The notes beneath the pieces were generated by a model that had not been told where the DNA came from, ran no database searches, and saw only the letters and a list, made by a program, of their open reading frames with translations. From Escherichia coli (GTDB lineage: Bacteria > Pseudomonadota > Gammaproteobacteria > Enterobacterales > Enterobacteriaceae), in assembly GCF_036507355.1 (NCBI RefSeq), contig NZ_AP027877.1: a stretch of DNA of 64,000 bases; one strand, given 5' to 3'. This document shows, piece after piece, positions 11,855 through 22,129 of this stretch. Both the position numbers and the translations under genes were made by a program. Each line of letters begins with the position of its first letter. Position 1 is the stretch's first letter.

Positions 11855-12514
11855 ATGACGCAGGATGAATTGAAAAAAGCAGTAGGATGGGCGGCACTTC
11901 AGTATGTTCAGCCCGGCACCATTGTTGGTGTAGGTACAGGTTCCACCGCCGCACACTTTATTGACGCGCTCGGTACAATGAAAGGCCAGATTGAAGGGGC
12001 CGTTTCCAGTTCAGATGCTTCCACTGAAAAACTGAAAAGCCTCGGCATTCACGTTTTTGATCTCAACGAAGTCGACAGCCTTGGCATCTACGTTGATGGC
12101 GCAGATGAAATCAACGGCCACATGCAAATGATCAAAGGCGGCGGCGCGGCGCTGACCCGTGAAAAAATCATTGCTTCGGTTGCAGAAAAATTTATCTGTA
12201 TTGCAGACGCTTCCAAGCAGGTTGATATTCTGGGTAAATTCCCGCTGCCAGTAGAAGTTATCCCGATGGCACGTAGTGCAGTGGCGCGCCAGCTGGTGAA
12301 ACTGGGCGGTCGTCCGGAATACCGTCAGGGCGTGGTGACCGATAATGGCAACGTGATCCTCGACGTCCACGGCATGGAAATCCTTGACCCGATAGCGATG
12401 GAAAACGCCATAAATGCGATTCCTGGCGTGGTGACTGTTGGCTTGTTTGCTAACCGTGGCGCGGACGTTGCGCTGATTGGCACACCTGACGGTGTCAAAA
12501 CCATTGTGAAATGA
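11855..12514 (+). CDS. rpiA: Ribose-5-phosphate isomerase A
   Basis: ORF 11783-12514; start set at [15 protein letters not shown] (219 aa). Confidence 0.9.
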
Positions 12515-12769
12515 TCTGACGGGGGAACCTCCCCCGTTAAAAAAATTCTCTTCATTAAATTTGGTGACATGTGTCACGTTTTTACCTGGCTATTGTCGAT
12601 TGCTCTAAATAAATCCTCTAAACCAGCATATTCATCCAAGAATTACCTTTGCGTGATATTTCCTCAACATCGCGATGCAAACGTTCATATTGCCGCAATA
12701 TTATTTTTTGATATGTTGAAAGGCGGACGCAAATCCGCACACAACATTTCAAAAGACAGGATTGGGTAA

Positions 12770-14002
12770 ATGGCAAAGGTATCGCTGGAGAAAGACAAGA
12801 TTAAGTTTCTGCTGGTAGAAGGCGTGCACCAAAAGGCGCTGGAAAGCCTTCGTGCAGCTGGTTACACCAACATCGAATTTCACAAAGGCGCGCTGGATGA
12901 TGAACAATTAAAAGAATCCATCCGCGATGCCCACTTCATCGGCCTGCGATCCCGTACCCATCTGACTGAAGACGTGATCAACGCCGCAGAAAAGCTGGTC
13001 GCTATTGGCTGTTTCTGTATAGGAACAAACCAGGTTGATCTGGATGCGGCGGCAAAGCGCGGGATCCCGGTATTTAACGCACCGTTCTCAAATACGCGCT
13101 CTGTTGCGGAGCTGGTGATTGGCGAACTGCTGCTGCTATTGCGCGGCGTGCCGGAAGCCAATGCTAAAGCGCACCGTGGCGTGTGGAACAAACTGGCGGC
13201 GGGTTCTTTTGAAGCGCGCGGCAAAAAGCTGGGTATCATCGGCTACGGTCATATTGGTACGCAATTGGGCATTCTGGCTGAATCGCTGGGAATGTATGTT
13301 TACTTTTATGATATTGAAAATAAACTGCCGCTGGGCAACGCCACTCAGGTACAGCATCTTTCTGACCTGCTGAATATGAGCGATGTGGTGAGTCTGCATG
13401 TACCAGAGAATCCGTCCACCAAAAATATGATGGGCGCGAAAGAAATTTCACTAATGAAGCCCGGCTCGCTGCTGATTAATGCTTCGCGCGGTACTGTGGT
13501 GGATATTCCGGCGCTGTGTGATGCGCTGGCGAGCAAACATCTGGCGGGGGCGGCAATCGACGTATTCCCGACGGAACCAGCGACCAATAGCGATCCATTT
13601 ACCTCTCCGCTGTGTGAATTCGACAACGTCCTTCTGACGCCACACATTGGCGGTTCGACTCAGGAAGCGCAGGAGAATATTGGCCTGGAAGTTGCGGGTA
13701 AATTGATCAAGTATTCTGACAATGGCTCAACGCTCTCTGCGGTGAACTTCCCGGAAGTCTCGCTGCCACTGCACGGTGGGCGTCGTCTGATGCACATCCA
13801 CGAAAACCGTCCGGGCGTGCTAACTGCGCTGAACAAAATCTTCGCCGAGCAGGGCGTCAACATCGCCGCGCAATATCTACAAACTTCCGCCCAGATGGGT
13901 TATGTTGTTATTGATATTGAAGCCGACGAAGACGTTGCCGAAAAAGCGCTGCAGGCAATGAAAGCTATTCCGGGTACCATTCGCGCCCGTCTGCTGTACT
14001 AA
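12770..14002 (+). CDS. serA: D-3-phosphoglycerate dehydrogenase
   Basis: 410-aa ORF MAKVSLEKDKIKFLLVEGVHQKALESL...; NAD-binding GIIGYGHIG. Confidence 0.95.
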   Translation: MAKVSLEKDKIKFLLVEGVHQKALESLRAAGYTNIEFHKGALDDEQLKESIRDAHFIGLRSRTHLTEDVINAAEKLVAIGCFCIGTNQVDLDAAAKRGIPVFNAPFSNTRSVAELVIGELLLLLRGVPEANAKAHRGVWNKLAAGSFEARGKKLGIIGYGHIGTQLGILAESLGMYVYFYDIENKLPLGNATQVQHLSDLLNMSDVVSLHVPENPSTKNMMGAKEISLMKPGSLLINASRGTVVDIPALCDALASKHLAGAAIDVFPTEPATNSDPFTSPLCEFDNVLLTPHIGGSTQEAQENIGLEVAGKLIKYSDNGSTLSAVNFPEVSLPLHGGRRLMHIHENRPGVLTALNKIFAEQGVNIAAQYLQTSAQMGYVVIDIEADEDVAEKALQAMKAIPGTIRARLLY

Positions 14003-14023
14003 TTCCCCTTCTCTGAAAATCAA

Positions 14024-14057
14024 CGGGCAGGTCACTGACTTGCCCGTTTTTTTATCC
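14024..14057 (+). terminator. serA intrinsic terminator
   Basis: Hairpin cgggcag..ttgcccg followed by TTTTTTT. Confidence 0.6.
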
Positions 14058-14182
14058 CTTCTCCACACCGTTGCGCATTCTACTTTGCGAGTATGCTCCA
14101 GAAAATAAATCAAAGTCAGATCAATGCGTTGTGTTTATTTAATGGGGATTTACGATGGCAGGGCAGCATGGGGCTGTAACGG

Positions 14183-14325
14183 TAAAGCCCTCACCGAAGC
14201 GAGGGCTTGAAGGAGAAGGGTTATGATGCGACTTGTCATCATACTGATTGTACTGTTACTCATAAGTTTCCCAGCTTATTAACAGTCAGTCTCAGGGGAG
14301 GAGTAATCCTCCCTTACCCTTACTC
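14183..14325 (-). ncRNA. sibC: Sib antisense RNA (antitoxin of ibs), approximate bounds
   Basis: Antisense to ibs ORF; minus-strand hairpin gccctcgcttcggtgagggc + TTT near 14186-14207 as terminator; 5' end not determined. Confidence 0.45.
14223..14282 (+). CDS. ibsC: Type I toxin Ibs (19-aa hydrophobic peptide)
   Basis: ATGATGCGACTTGTC... encodes MMRLVIILIVLLLISFPAY; AGGAG Shine-Dalgarno upstream; position between serA and ygfA. Confidence 0.7.
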   Translation: MMRLVIILIVLLLISFPAY

Positions 14326-14382
14326 ACTAAATTAGGTTAAAGAATCAACGATGTCAATCAGGGCGATGCAGGTGTGTCGCCC

Positions 14383-14931
14383 TTACCACTCCCAGACTTT
14401 CGACGGTGTAACCACCGCAGGAAGAGGGATATCCCACTCTTCAACGGGAAGTTTTTCCACTAACTGACAATCATGCGCATAACCCACCGGTTGCATTTTA
14501 TAGTGCTGCCAGTTTTGTAAAGTCCGATCATAAAAACCACCGCCCATTCCCAGGCGCTGGCCGTACTCATCAAAGGCGACCAGCGGTGTGATCAACACGT
14601 CTAATCGGGAAAGGGGTAGCACGTCACGCACATCCAATTTTGGCTCATGGATCTTCAACCTGTTCATCACCAGTTCGCTTTGCGGATGGTAATTCAGGAA
14701 CAGCAAATTACCGGCACTAAAGGGATGCAAAACTGGAAGATATACGCGCTTACCGGCGCGCCAGAGTTGTTCTATAAGCGGCTGGGTGTCGAGTTCTCCA
14801 TCAAAAGAGAGGAATACAGCGACCGTATGTGCCATCACCACCGGGGGATAAGTCATCATCCGGGTAGCGGCTTGTTGACCCATTTCCTGCTGTTGTTCCG
14901 GCGTTAACGCACGACGACGTTGCCGAATCAT
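14383..14931 (-). CDS. ygfA: 5-formyltetrahydrofolate cyclo-ligase YgfA (Fau)
   Basis: ORF 14383-15129 overlaps ssrS; start set at MIRQRRRALTPEQQ (182 aa). Confidence 0.85.
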   Translation of the reverse strand: MIRQRRRALTPEQQQEMGQQAATRMMTYPPVVMAHTVAVFLSFDGELDTQPLIEQLWRAGKRVYLPVLHPFSAGNLLFLNYHPQSELVMNRLKIHEPKLDVRDVLPLSRLDVLITPLVAFDEYGQRLGMGGGFYDRTLQNWQHYKMQPVGYAHDCQLVEKLPVEEWDIPLPAVVTPSKVWEW

Positions 14932-15003
14932 TTTGCGGATTTCTTGTCGGGATAATGTCAGTGAGAGTTCTGGTAGATGCGTCATGGCTGGTGCCAGATA
15001 AGA

Positions 15004-15189
15004 AGGGAATCTCCGAGATGCCGCCGCAGGCTGTAACCCTTGAACCCTTGGTTCAAGGTGAATGTGTCGTCGCAGTTTTAAGGCTTCTCGGACGGACCGA
15101 GCATGCTCACCAACCGCGGAGCGCCACATTCTTGTGGTATGAAATATCGGCTCAGGGGACTGGCCCGCTTGCGAACACCTCAGAGAAAT
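15004..15189 (-). ncRNA. ssrS: 6S RNA
   Basis: Reverse complement reads ATTTCTCTGAG..GTTCGCAAGCGGGCCAGTCCCCTGAGCCGATATTTCATACCACAAGAATGTGGCGCTCCGCGG...GGAGATTCCCT, matching E. coli 6S RNA; between zapA and ygfA. Confidence 0.9.
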
Positions 15190-15230
15190 TTTGTCTTCAC
15201 GGTTACTCTACCACAGTAAACCGAAAAGTG

Positions 15231-15626
<396 letters not shown>

Positions 15627-15727
15627 CTATAGCTACCCTGATGAGAAGAGACAAGCCCTTTTCTGGTCCACCAGGGCCCAAAGTGGTAGCATATCATGAA
15701 TATTCCTCCCTTTGACGACGAATGCTT

Positions 15728-16306
15728 ATGTCTATACAGAACGAAATGCCTGGTTACAACGAAATGAACCAGTATCTGAACCAACAAGGGACGGGTCTGA
15801 CCCCTGCTGAGATGCATGGTTTAATCAGTGGGATGATATGTGGCGGTAACGATGACAGCTCATGGCTGCCGCTACTTCACGACCTGACGAACGAAGGCAT
15901 GGCTTTCGGTCATGAGCTGGCACAGGCACTGCGTAAAATGCACTCTGCCACCAGCGATGCCCTGCAGGATGACGGCTTCCTTTTTCAGCTTTATCTGCCT
16001 GATGGCGATGATGTCAGCGTTTTCGATAGGGCTGATGCGCTGGCAGGTTGGGTCAATCACTTCCTGCTTGGTCTTGGCGTTACGCAACCGAAGCTGGACA
16101 AAGTGACCGGAGAAACCGGTGAAGCTATCGACGATCTGCGTAACATCGCGCAGCTGGGCTACGACGAAGACGAAGATCAGGAAGAGCTTGAAATGTCGCT
16201 TGAAGAGATCATCGAATACGTTCGTGTTGCCGCGCTGTTATGCCACGACACCTTTACTCATCCGCAACCGACCGCGCCAGAAGTACAAAAACCGACTCTA
16301 CACTAA
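15728..16306 (+). CDS. ygfB: UPF0149 protein YgfB
   Basis: ORF 15722-16306; start set at [17 protein letters not shown] (192 aa). Confidence 0.85.
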
Positions 16307-16331
16307 AAACAAAAAACGTAAGGAGAGTGTT

Positions 16332-17657
16332 ATGAGTGAGATATCCCGGCAAGAGTTTCAGCGTCGCCGTCAGGCCCTGGTGGAGCAAATGCAACCCGGC
16401 AGCGCCGCGCTGATTTTTGCTGCACCAGAAGTAACACGTAGCGCCGACAGCGAATACCCCTATCGTCAGAACAGTGACTTCTGGTACTTCACCGGCTTTA
16501 ACGAACCGGAAGCGGTGCTGGTGCTGATTAAAAGCGATGACACTCATAACCACAGCGTTCTGTTTAACCGCGTTCGCGACCTGACGGCGGAGATCTGGTT
16601 TGGCCGTCGTTTAGGTCAGGATGCCGCGCCAGAGAAACTGGGCGTTGACCGCGCACTGGCATTCAGCGAAATTAATCAGCAACTTTATCAACTACTTAAT
16701 GGTCTGGATGTGGTTTACCACGCCCAGGGCGAATATGCATATGCTGATGAAATCGTGAACAGCGCGCTTGAGAAACTGCGTAAAGGTTCGCGGCAAAATC
16801 TCACCGCGCCGGCAACGATGATCGACTGGCGTCCCATTGTTCATGAAATGCGCCTGTTCAAATCACCAGAAGAGATTGCCGTACTTCGCCGCGCGGGGGA
16901 AATCACCGCCCTGGCGCATACCCGGGCGATGGAAAAATGCCGTCCTGGGATGTTCGAGTACCATCTGGAAGGCGAAATTCACCACGAATTTAACCGCCAC
17001 GGCGCGCGCTATCCTTCCTATAACACCATTGTCGGCAGCGGTGAAAACGGCTGCATTCTGCATTACACCGAAAACGAGTGTGAACTGCGCGACGGCGATC
17101 TGGTGTTGATTGACGCGGGTTGCGAATACAAAGGTTACGCTGGCGATATTACCCGCACCTTCCCGGTCAACGGCAAATTCACTCAGGCTCAGCGTGAAAT
17201 CTACGACATTGTGCTGGAGTCTCTCGAAACTAGCCTGCGCCTGTATCGTCCGGGAACTTCCATTCAGGAAGTCACCGGTGAAGTGGTGCGCATCATGGTT
17301 AGCGGCCTGGTAAAACTCGGCATCCTGAAAGGTGATGTTGATGAACTGATCGCTCAGAACGCCCATCGTCCTTTCTTTATGCATGGCCTTAGCCACTGGT
17401 TAGGACTGGATGTCCATGACGTTGGCGTTTATGGCCAGGATCGCTCGCGCATTCTGGAACCGGGCATGGTACTGACCGTAGAGCCAGGGCTGTATATTGC
17501 GCCGGATGCAGAAGTGCCAGAACAATATCGCGGTATCGGCATTCGTATTGAAGACGACATTGTGATTACCGAAACCGGTAACGAAAACCTCACCGCCAGC
17601 GTGGTGAAAAAGCCGGAAGAAATCGAAGCGTTGATGGCAGCTGCGAGAAAGCAATGA
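16332..17657 (+). CDS. pepP: Xaa-Pro aminopeptidase PepP
   Basis: ORF 16119-17657; start set at MSEISRQEFQRRRQALVEQ (441 aa). Confidence 0.9.
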   Translation: MSEISRQEFQRRRQALVEQMQPGSAALIFAAPEVTRSADSEYPYRQNSDFWYFTGFNEPEAVLVLIKSDDTHNHSVLFNRVRDLTAEIWFGRRLGQDAAPEKLGVDRALAFSEINQQLYQLLNGLDVVYHAQGEYAYADEIVNSALEKLRKGSRQNLTAPATMIDWRPIVHEMRLFKSPEEIAVLRRAGEITALAHTRAMEKCRPGMFEYHLEGEIHHEFNRHGARYPSYNTIVGSGENGCILHYTENECELRDGDLVLIDAGCEYKGYAGDITRTFPVNGKFTQAQREIYDIVLESLETSLRLYRPGTSIQEVTGEVVRIMVSGLVKLGILKGDVDELIAQNAHRPFFMHGLSHWLGLDVHDVGVYGQDRSRILEPGMVLTVEPGLYIAPDAEVPEQYRGIGIRIEDDIVITETGNENLTASVVKKPEEIEALMAAARKQ

Positions 17658-18832
17658 GCGTAATCATCGTCGGTGGCGGCATGGCGGGCGCGACGCTGGC
17701 GCTGGCTATTTCCCGGTTAAGTCACGGGGCGCTGCCGGTACATTTGATTGAAGCGACCGCGCCAGAGTCACATGCTCATCCGGGCTTTGATGGGCGAGCG
17801 ATTGCGCTGGCGGCGGGTACCTGTCAGCAACTGGCGCGCATTGGCGTCTGGCAATCTCTGGCGGATTGCGCAACCGCCATCACTACCGTGCATGTCAGCG
17901 ATCGTGGTCATGCCGGATTCGTCACCCTCGCCGCAGAAGATTACCAACTGGCGGCGCTGGGGCAGGTTGTCGAATTGCACAATGTCGGGCAACGGCTGTT
18001 TGCATTGCTGCGCAAAGCACCTGGCGTAACGCTGCATTGCCCGGATCGCGTGGCTAACGTTGCCCGTACTCAGAGTCATGTTGAAGTGACGCTGCAGTGT
18101 GGCGAGACGCTGACGGGCCGCGTGCTGGTAGCCGCTGATGGCACCCATTCAGCGTTAGCCACTGTGTGCGGCGTTGACTGGCAGCAGGAGCCTTACGAAC
18201 AACTGGCTGTGATTGCCAACGTTGCGACTTCCGTTGCGCATGAAGGGCGCGCTTTTGAACGCTTTACGCAACATGGCCCGCTGGCGATGTTGCCGATGTC
18301 TGACGGACGCTGTTCGCTGGTCTGGTGTCATCCACTGGAACGGCGCGAAGAGGTGCTGTCGTGGAGCGACGAGAAGTTTTGCCGTGAACTCCAGTCGGCC
18401 TTTGGCTGGCGACTTGGGAAAATTACCCACGCTGGTAAACGCAGTGCTTATCCGCTGGCGTTAACCCACGCCGCCAGATCTATTACCCATCGTACCGTGC
18501 TGGTGGGCAATGCGGCGCAAACCCTGCACCCGATTGCCGGGCAAGGGTTCAACCTCGGTATGCGAGATGTCATGAGTCTTGCGGAAACCCTGACTCAGGC
18601 GCAGGAGCGCGGAGAAGACATGGGTGATTACGGCGTATTGTGTCGTTATCAGCAGCGTCGACAGAGCGATCGCGAAGCAACCATTGGCGTCACGGACAGC
18701 CTTGTACATCTTTTTGCCAACCGTTGGACGCCACTGGTTGTCGGGCGCAACATCGGGCTGATGACGATGGAATTATTCACCCCGGCACGCGATGTGCTGG
18801 CGCAGCGCACCCTCGGTTGGGTGGCGCGTTGA
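17654..18832 (+). CDS. ubiH: 2-octaprenyl-6-methoxyphenol hydroxylase UbiH
   Basis: 392 aa; FAD motif IVGGGMAGATLA; ATGA overlap with pepP stop. Confidence 0.9.
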   Translation: MSVIIVGGGMAGATLALAISRLSHGALPVHLIEATAPESHAHPGFDGRAIALAAGTCQQLARIGVWQSLADCATAITTVHVSDRGHAGFVTLAAEDYQLAALGQVVELHNVGQRLFALLRKAPGVTLHCPDRVANVARTQSHVEVTLQCGETLTGRVLVAADGTHSALATVCGVDWQQEPYEQLAVIANVATSVAHEGRAFERFTQHGPLAMLPMSDGRCSLVWCHPLERREEVLSWSDEKFCRELQSAFGWRLGKITHAGKRSAYPLALTHAARSITHRTVLVGNAAQTLHPIAGQGFNLGMRDVMSLAETLTQAQERGEDMGDYGVLCRYQQRRQSDREATIGVTDSLVHLFANRWTPLVVGRNIGLMTMELFTPARDVLAQRTLGWVAR

Positions 18833-18854
18833 AGGCGGTTTTAAGGAATAAACA

Positions 18855-20057
18855 ATGCAAAGTGTTGATGTAGCCATTGTTGGCGGCGGCATGGTGGGGC
18901 TGGCGGTTGCCTGCGGCTTACAGGGGAGCGGCTTACGCGTTGCCGTACTGGAGCAGCGCGTACCGGAACCTCTGGCGGTGGATGCACCACCACAACTGCG
19001 CGTTTCGGCTATCAATGCCGCCAGCGAAAAATTACTCACCCGTCTTGGCGTCTGGCAAGACATTCTCTCTCGTAGGGCCAGTTGCTATCACGGTATGGAA
19101 GTGTGGGACAAAGACAGTTTTGGTCACATTTCGTTTGACGATCAAAGCATGGGCTATAGCCATCTTGGGCATATCGTTGAAAACTCAGTGATTCACTACG
19201 CGCTGTGGAACAAAGCGCAGCAGTCGTCAGATATCACTCTGTTGGCCCCCGCAGAATTACAGCAGGTCGCCTGGGGAGAAAACGAAACCTTCCTGACGCT
19301 GAAAGATGGCAGTATGTTAACGGCGCGTCTGGTGATTGGCGCGGACGGCGCTAATTCCTGGTTGCGCAACAAAGCCGATATTCCGCTGACTTTCTGGGAT
19401 TATCAGCATCACGCGCTGGTAGCGACCATACGCACGGAAGAACCGCATGATGCGGTGGCGCGGCAGGTTTTCCATGGCGAAGGCATTCTGGCCTTTTTAC
19501 CGCTTAGCGATCCGCATCTTTGCTCGATTGTCTGGTCACTGTCGCCAGAGGAAGCGCAGCGGATGCAGCAGGCAAGTGAAGACGAATTTAATCGCGCGTT
19601 AAATATCGCTTTTGATAATCGCCTGGGCTTATGCAAGGTTGAGAGCGAGCGTCAGGTGTTCCCGCTGACGGGGCGTTATGCGCGCCAGTTTGCCGCACAT
19701 CGTCTGGCGCTGGTGGGCGACGCCGCGCATACCATTCACCCACTGGCGGGGCAGGGAGTTAATCTCGGCTTTATGGACGCCGCAGAGCTGATTGCTGAAC
19801 TGAAACGGTTGCATCGTCAGGGTAAAGACATCGGGCAGTACATTTACCTGCGCCGCTATGAACGTAGCCGCAAGCACAGCGCGGCGCTGATGCTGGCTGG
19901 TATGCAGGGATTCCGCGATCTGTTTTCCGGTACCAATCCGGCGAAAAAACTGCTGCGTGATATTGGTTTGAAACTGGCCGACACGCTTCCTGGCGTTAAG
20001 CCACAACTTATCCGTCAGGCAATGGGATTAAACGATTTGCCTGAATGGCTGCGTTAA
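18855..20057 (+). CDS. ubiI: 2-octaprenylphenol hydroxylase UbiI (VisC)
   Basis: 400 aa; FAD motif IVGGGMVGLAVA. Confidence 0.9.
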   Translation: MQSVDVAIVGGGMVGLAVACGLQGSGLRVAVLEQRVPEPLAVDAPPQLRVSAINAASEKLLTRLGVWQDILSRRASCYHGMEVWDKDSFGHISFDDQSMGYSHLGHIVENSVIHYALWNKAQQSSDITLLAPAELQQVAWGENETFLTLKDGSMLTARLVIGADGANSWLRNKADIPLTFWDYQHHALVATIRTEEPHDAVARQVFHGEGILAFLPLSDPHLCSIVWSLSPEEAQRMQQASEDEFNRALNIAFDNRLGLCKVESERQVFPLTGRYARQFAAHRLALVGDAAHTIHPLAGQGVNLGFMDAAELIAELKRLHRQGKDIGQYIYLRRYERSRKHSAALMLAGMQGFRDLFSGTNPAKKLLRDIGLKLADTLPGVKPQLIRQAMGLNDLPEWLR

Positions 20058-20139
20058 AAATTTCTCCTCTGTTGTTTATTTGATACCCATCACACTTTCA
20101 TCTCCCGGTTTTTTCGCCGGGAGATTTTCCTCATTTGAA

Positions 20140-20504
20140 ATAAACTAATTTCACCTCCGTTTTCGCATTATATTTTCTAATGCCATGATTTTTTGATTTA
20201 GTGTTTTTTGACATTTTTTTAGCTCTTAATATTGTCTTATTCAAATTGACTTTCTCATCACATCATCTTTGTATAGAAACTGGTGTATTTTTTGGTTTTT
20301 TATTCTGTCGCGATTTTTGCATTTTTTAACCATAAGCTAATGTGATGATCAATTTTACCTTATGGTTAACAGTCTGTTTCGGTGGTAAGTTCAGGCAAAA
20401 GAGAACGATTGCGTTGGGGACCGGGAGTGGCTCCGATGCTGGGTTTTGTGGTGATAATTTCACCATGAAAAAGTTGTCAGCCCCGCTTATTCAATGAGGA
20501 CAAG
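20140..20504 (+). promoter_or_regulatory. gcvTHP upstream regulatory region (AT-rich)
   Basis: Long AT-rich intergenic region before gcvT; GcvA/Lrp control known for this operon; individual sites not mapped. Confidence 0.4.
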
Positions 20505-21599
20505 ATGGCACAACAGACTCCTTTGTACGAACAACACACGCTTTGCGGCGCTCGCATGGTGGATTTCCACGGCTGGATGATGCCGCTGCATTACGGTTCG
20601 CAAATCGACGAACATCATGCGGTACGTACCGATGCCGGAATGTTTGATGTGTCGCATATGACCATCGTCGATCTCCGCGGCAGCCGCACCCGGGAGTTTC
20701 TGCGTTATCTGCTGGCGAACGATGTGGCGAAGCTCACCAAAAGCGGCAAAGCCCTTTACTCGGGGATGTTGAATGCCTCTGGCGGTGTGATAGATGATCT
20801 CATCGTCTACTACTTTACTGAAGATTTCTTCCGCCTCGTTGTTAACTCCGCCACCCGCGAAAAAGACCTCTCCTGGATTACCCAACACGCTGAACCTTTC
20901 GGCATCGAAATTACCGTTCGCGATGACCTTTCCATGATTGCCGTGCAAGGGCCGAATGCGCAGGCAAAAGCTGCCACACTGTTTAATGACGCCCAGCGTC
21001 AGGCGGTGGAAGGGATGAAACCGTTCTTTGGCGTGCAGGCGGGGGATCTGTTTATTGCCACCACTGGTTATACCGGTGAAGCGGGCTACGAAATTGCGCT
21101 GCCCAATGAAAAAGCGGCGGATTTCTGGCGCGCGCTGGTGGAAGCGGGCGTTAAGCCATGCGGCCTGGGCGCGCGTGACACGCTGCGTCTGGAAGCTGGC
21201 ATGAATTTGTATAGTCAGGAGATGGACGAAACCATCTCTCCTTTAGCCGCCAATATGGGCTGGACTATCGCCTGGGAACCGGCAGATCGTGACTTTATCG
21301 GTCGTGAAGCTCTGGAAGCGCAGCGTGAACATGGCACAGAAAAACTGGTTGGTCTGGTGATGACCGAAAAAGGCGTGCTGCGTAATGAACTGCCGGTACG
21401 TTTTACCGATGCGCAGGGCAACCAGCATGAAGGCATTATCACCAGCGGGACTTTCTCCCCGACGCTGGGTTACAGCATTGCGCTGGCGCGCGTGCCGGAA
21501 GGTATTGGTGAAACAGCGATTGTGCAAATTCGCAACCGTGAAATGCCGGTTAAAGTGACGAAACCTGTTTTTGTGCGTAACGGCAAAGCCGTCGCGTGA
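20505..21599 (+). CDS. gcvT: Glycine cleavage system aminomethyltransferase (T protein)
   Basis: 364-aa [36 protein letters not shown]. Confidence 0.95.
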
Positions 21600-21622
21600 T
21601 TTACTTTTTTGGAGATTGATTG

Positions 21623-22012
21623 ATGAGCAACGTACCAGCAGAACTGAAATACAGCAAAGAACACGAATGGCTGCGTAAAGAAGCCGACGGCACTTATACC
21701 GTTGGCATCACCGAACACGCTCAGGAGTTGTTGGGCGATATGGTGTTTGTTGACCTGCCGGAAGTGGGCGCGACGGTTAGCGCGGGCGATGACTGCGCGG
21801 TTGCCGAATCGGTAAAAGCGGCGTCAGACATTTATGCGCCAGTAAGCGGTGAAATCGTGGCGGTAAACGACGTACTGAGCGATTCCCCGGAACTGGTGAA
21901 CAGCGAACCGTATGCAGGCGGCTGGATTTTCAAAATCAAAGCCAGCGATGAAAGCGAACTGGAATCACTGCTGGATGCGACCGCATACGAAGCATTGTTA
22001 GAAGACGAGTAA
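21623..22012 (+). CDS. gcvH: Glycine cleavage system H protein
   Basis: ATG at 21623 gives [20 protein letters not shown] (129 aa). Confidence 0.95.
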   Translation: MSNVPAELKYSKEHEWLRKEADGTYTVGITEHAQELLGDMVFVDLPEVGATVSAGDDCAVAESVKAASDIYAPVSGEIVAVNDVLSDSPELVNSEPYAGGWIFKIKASDESELESLLDATAYEALLEDE

Positions 22013-22129
22013 CGGCTTTATTCCTCTTCTGCGGGAGAGGATCAGGGTGAGGAAATTTACGCCTCACCCTCACTCTCTTCGTAAGGAGAGAGGTTCACAA
22101 TTCACTGCACGTTTCAGGAACCATCGCTC

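Noticed and set aside
12011-12577. 188-aa minus-strand ORF overlapping rpiA
   Set aside because: Antisense to rpiA; spurious.
16119-17657. 512-aa ORF as an N-terminally extended PepP
   Set aside because: The extension overlaps the ygfB 3' end in another frame and lacks aminopeptidase sequence; true start is ATG 16332 (MSEISRQ).
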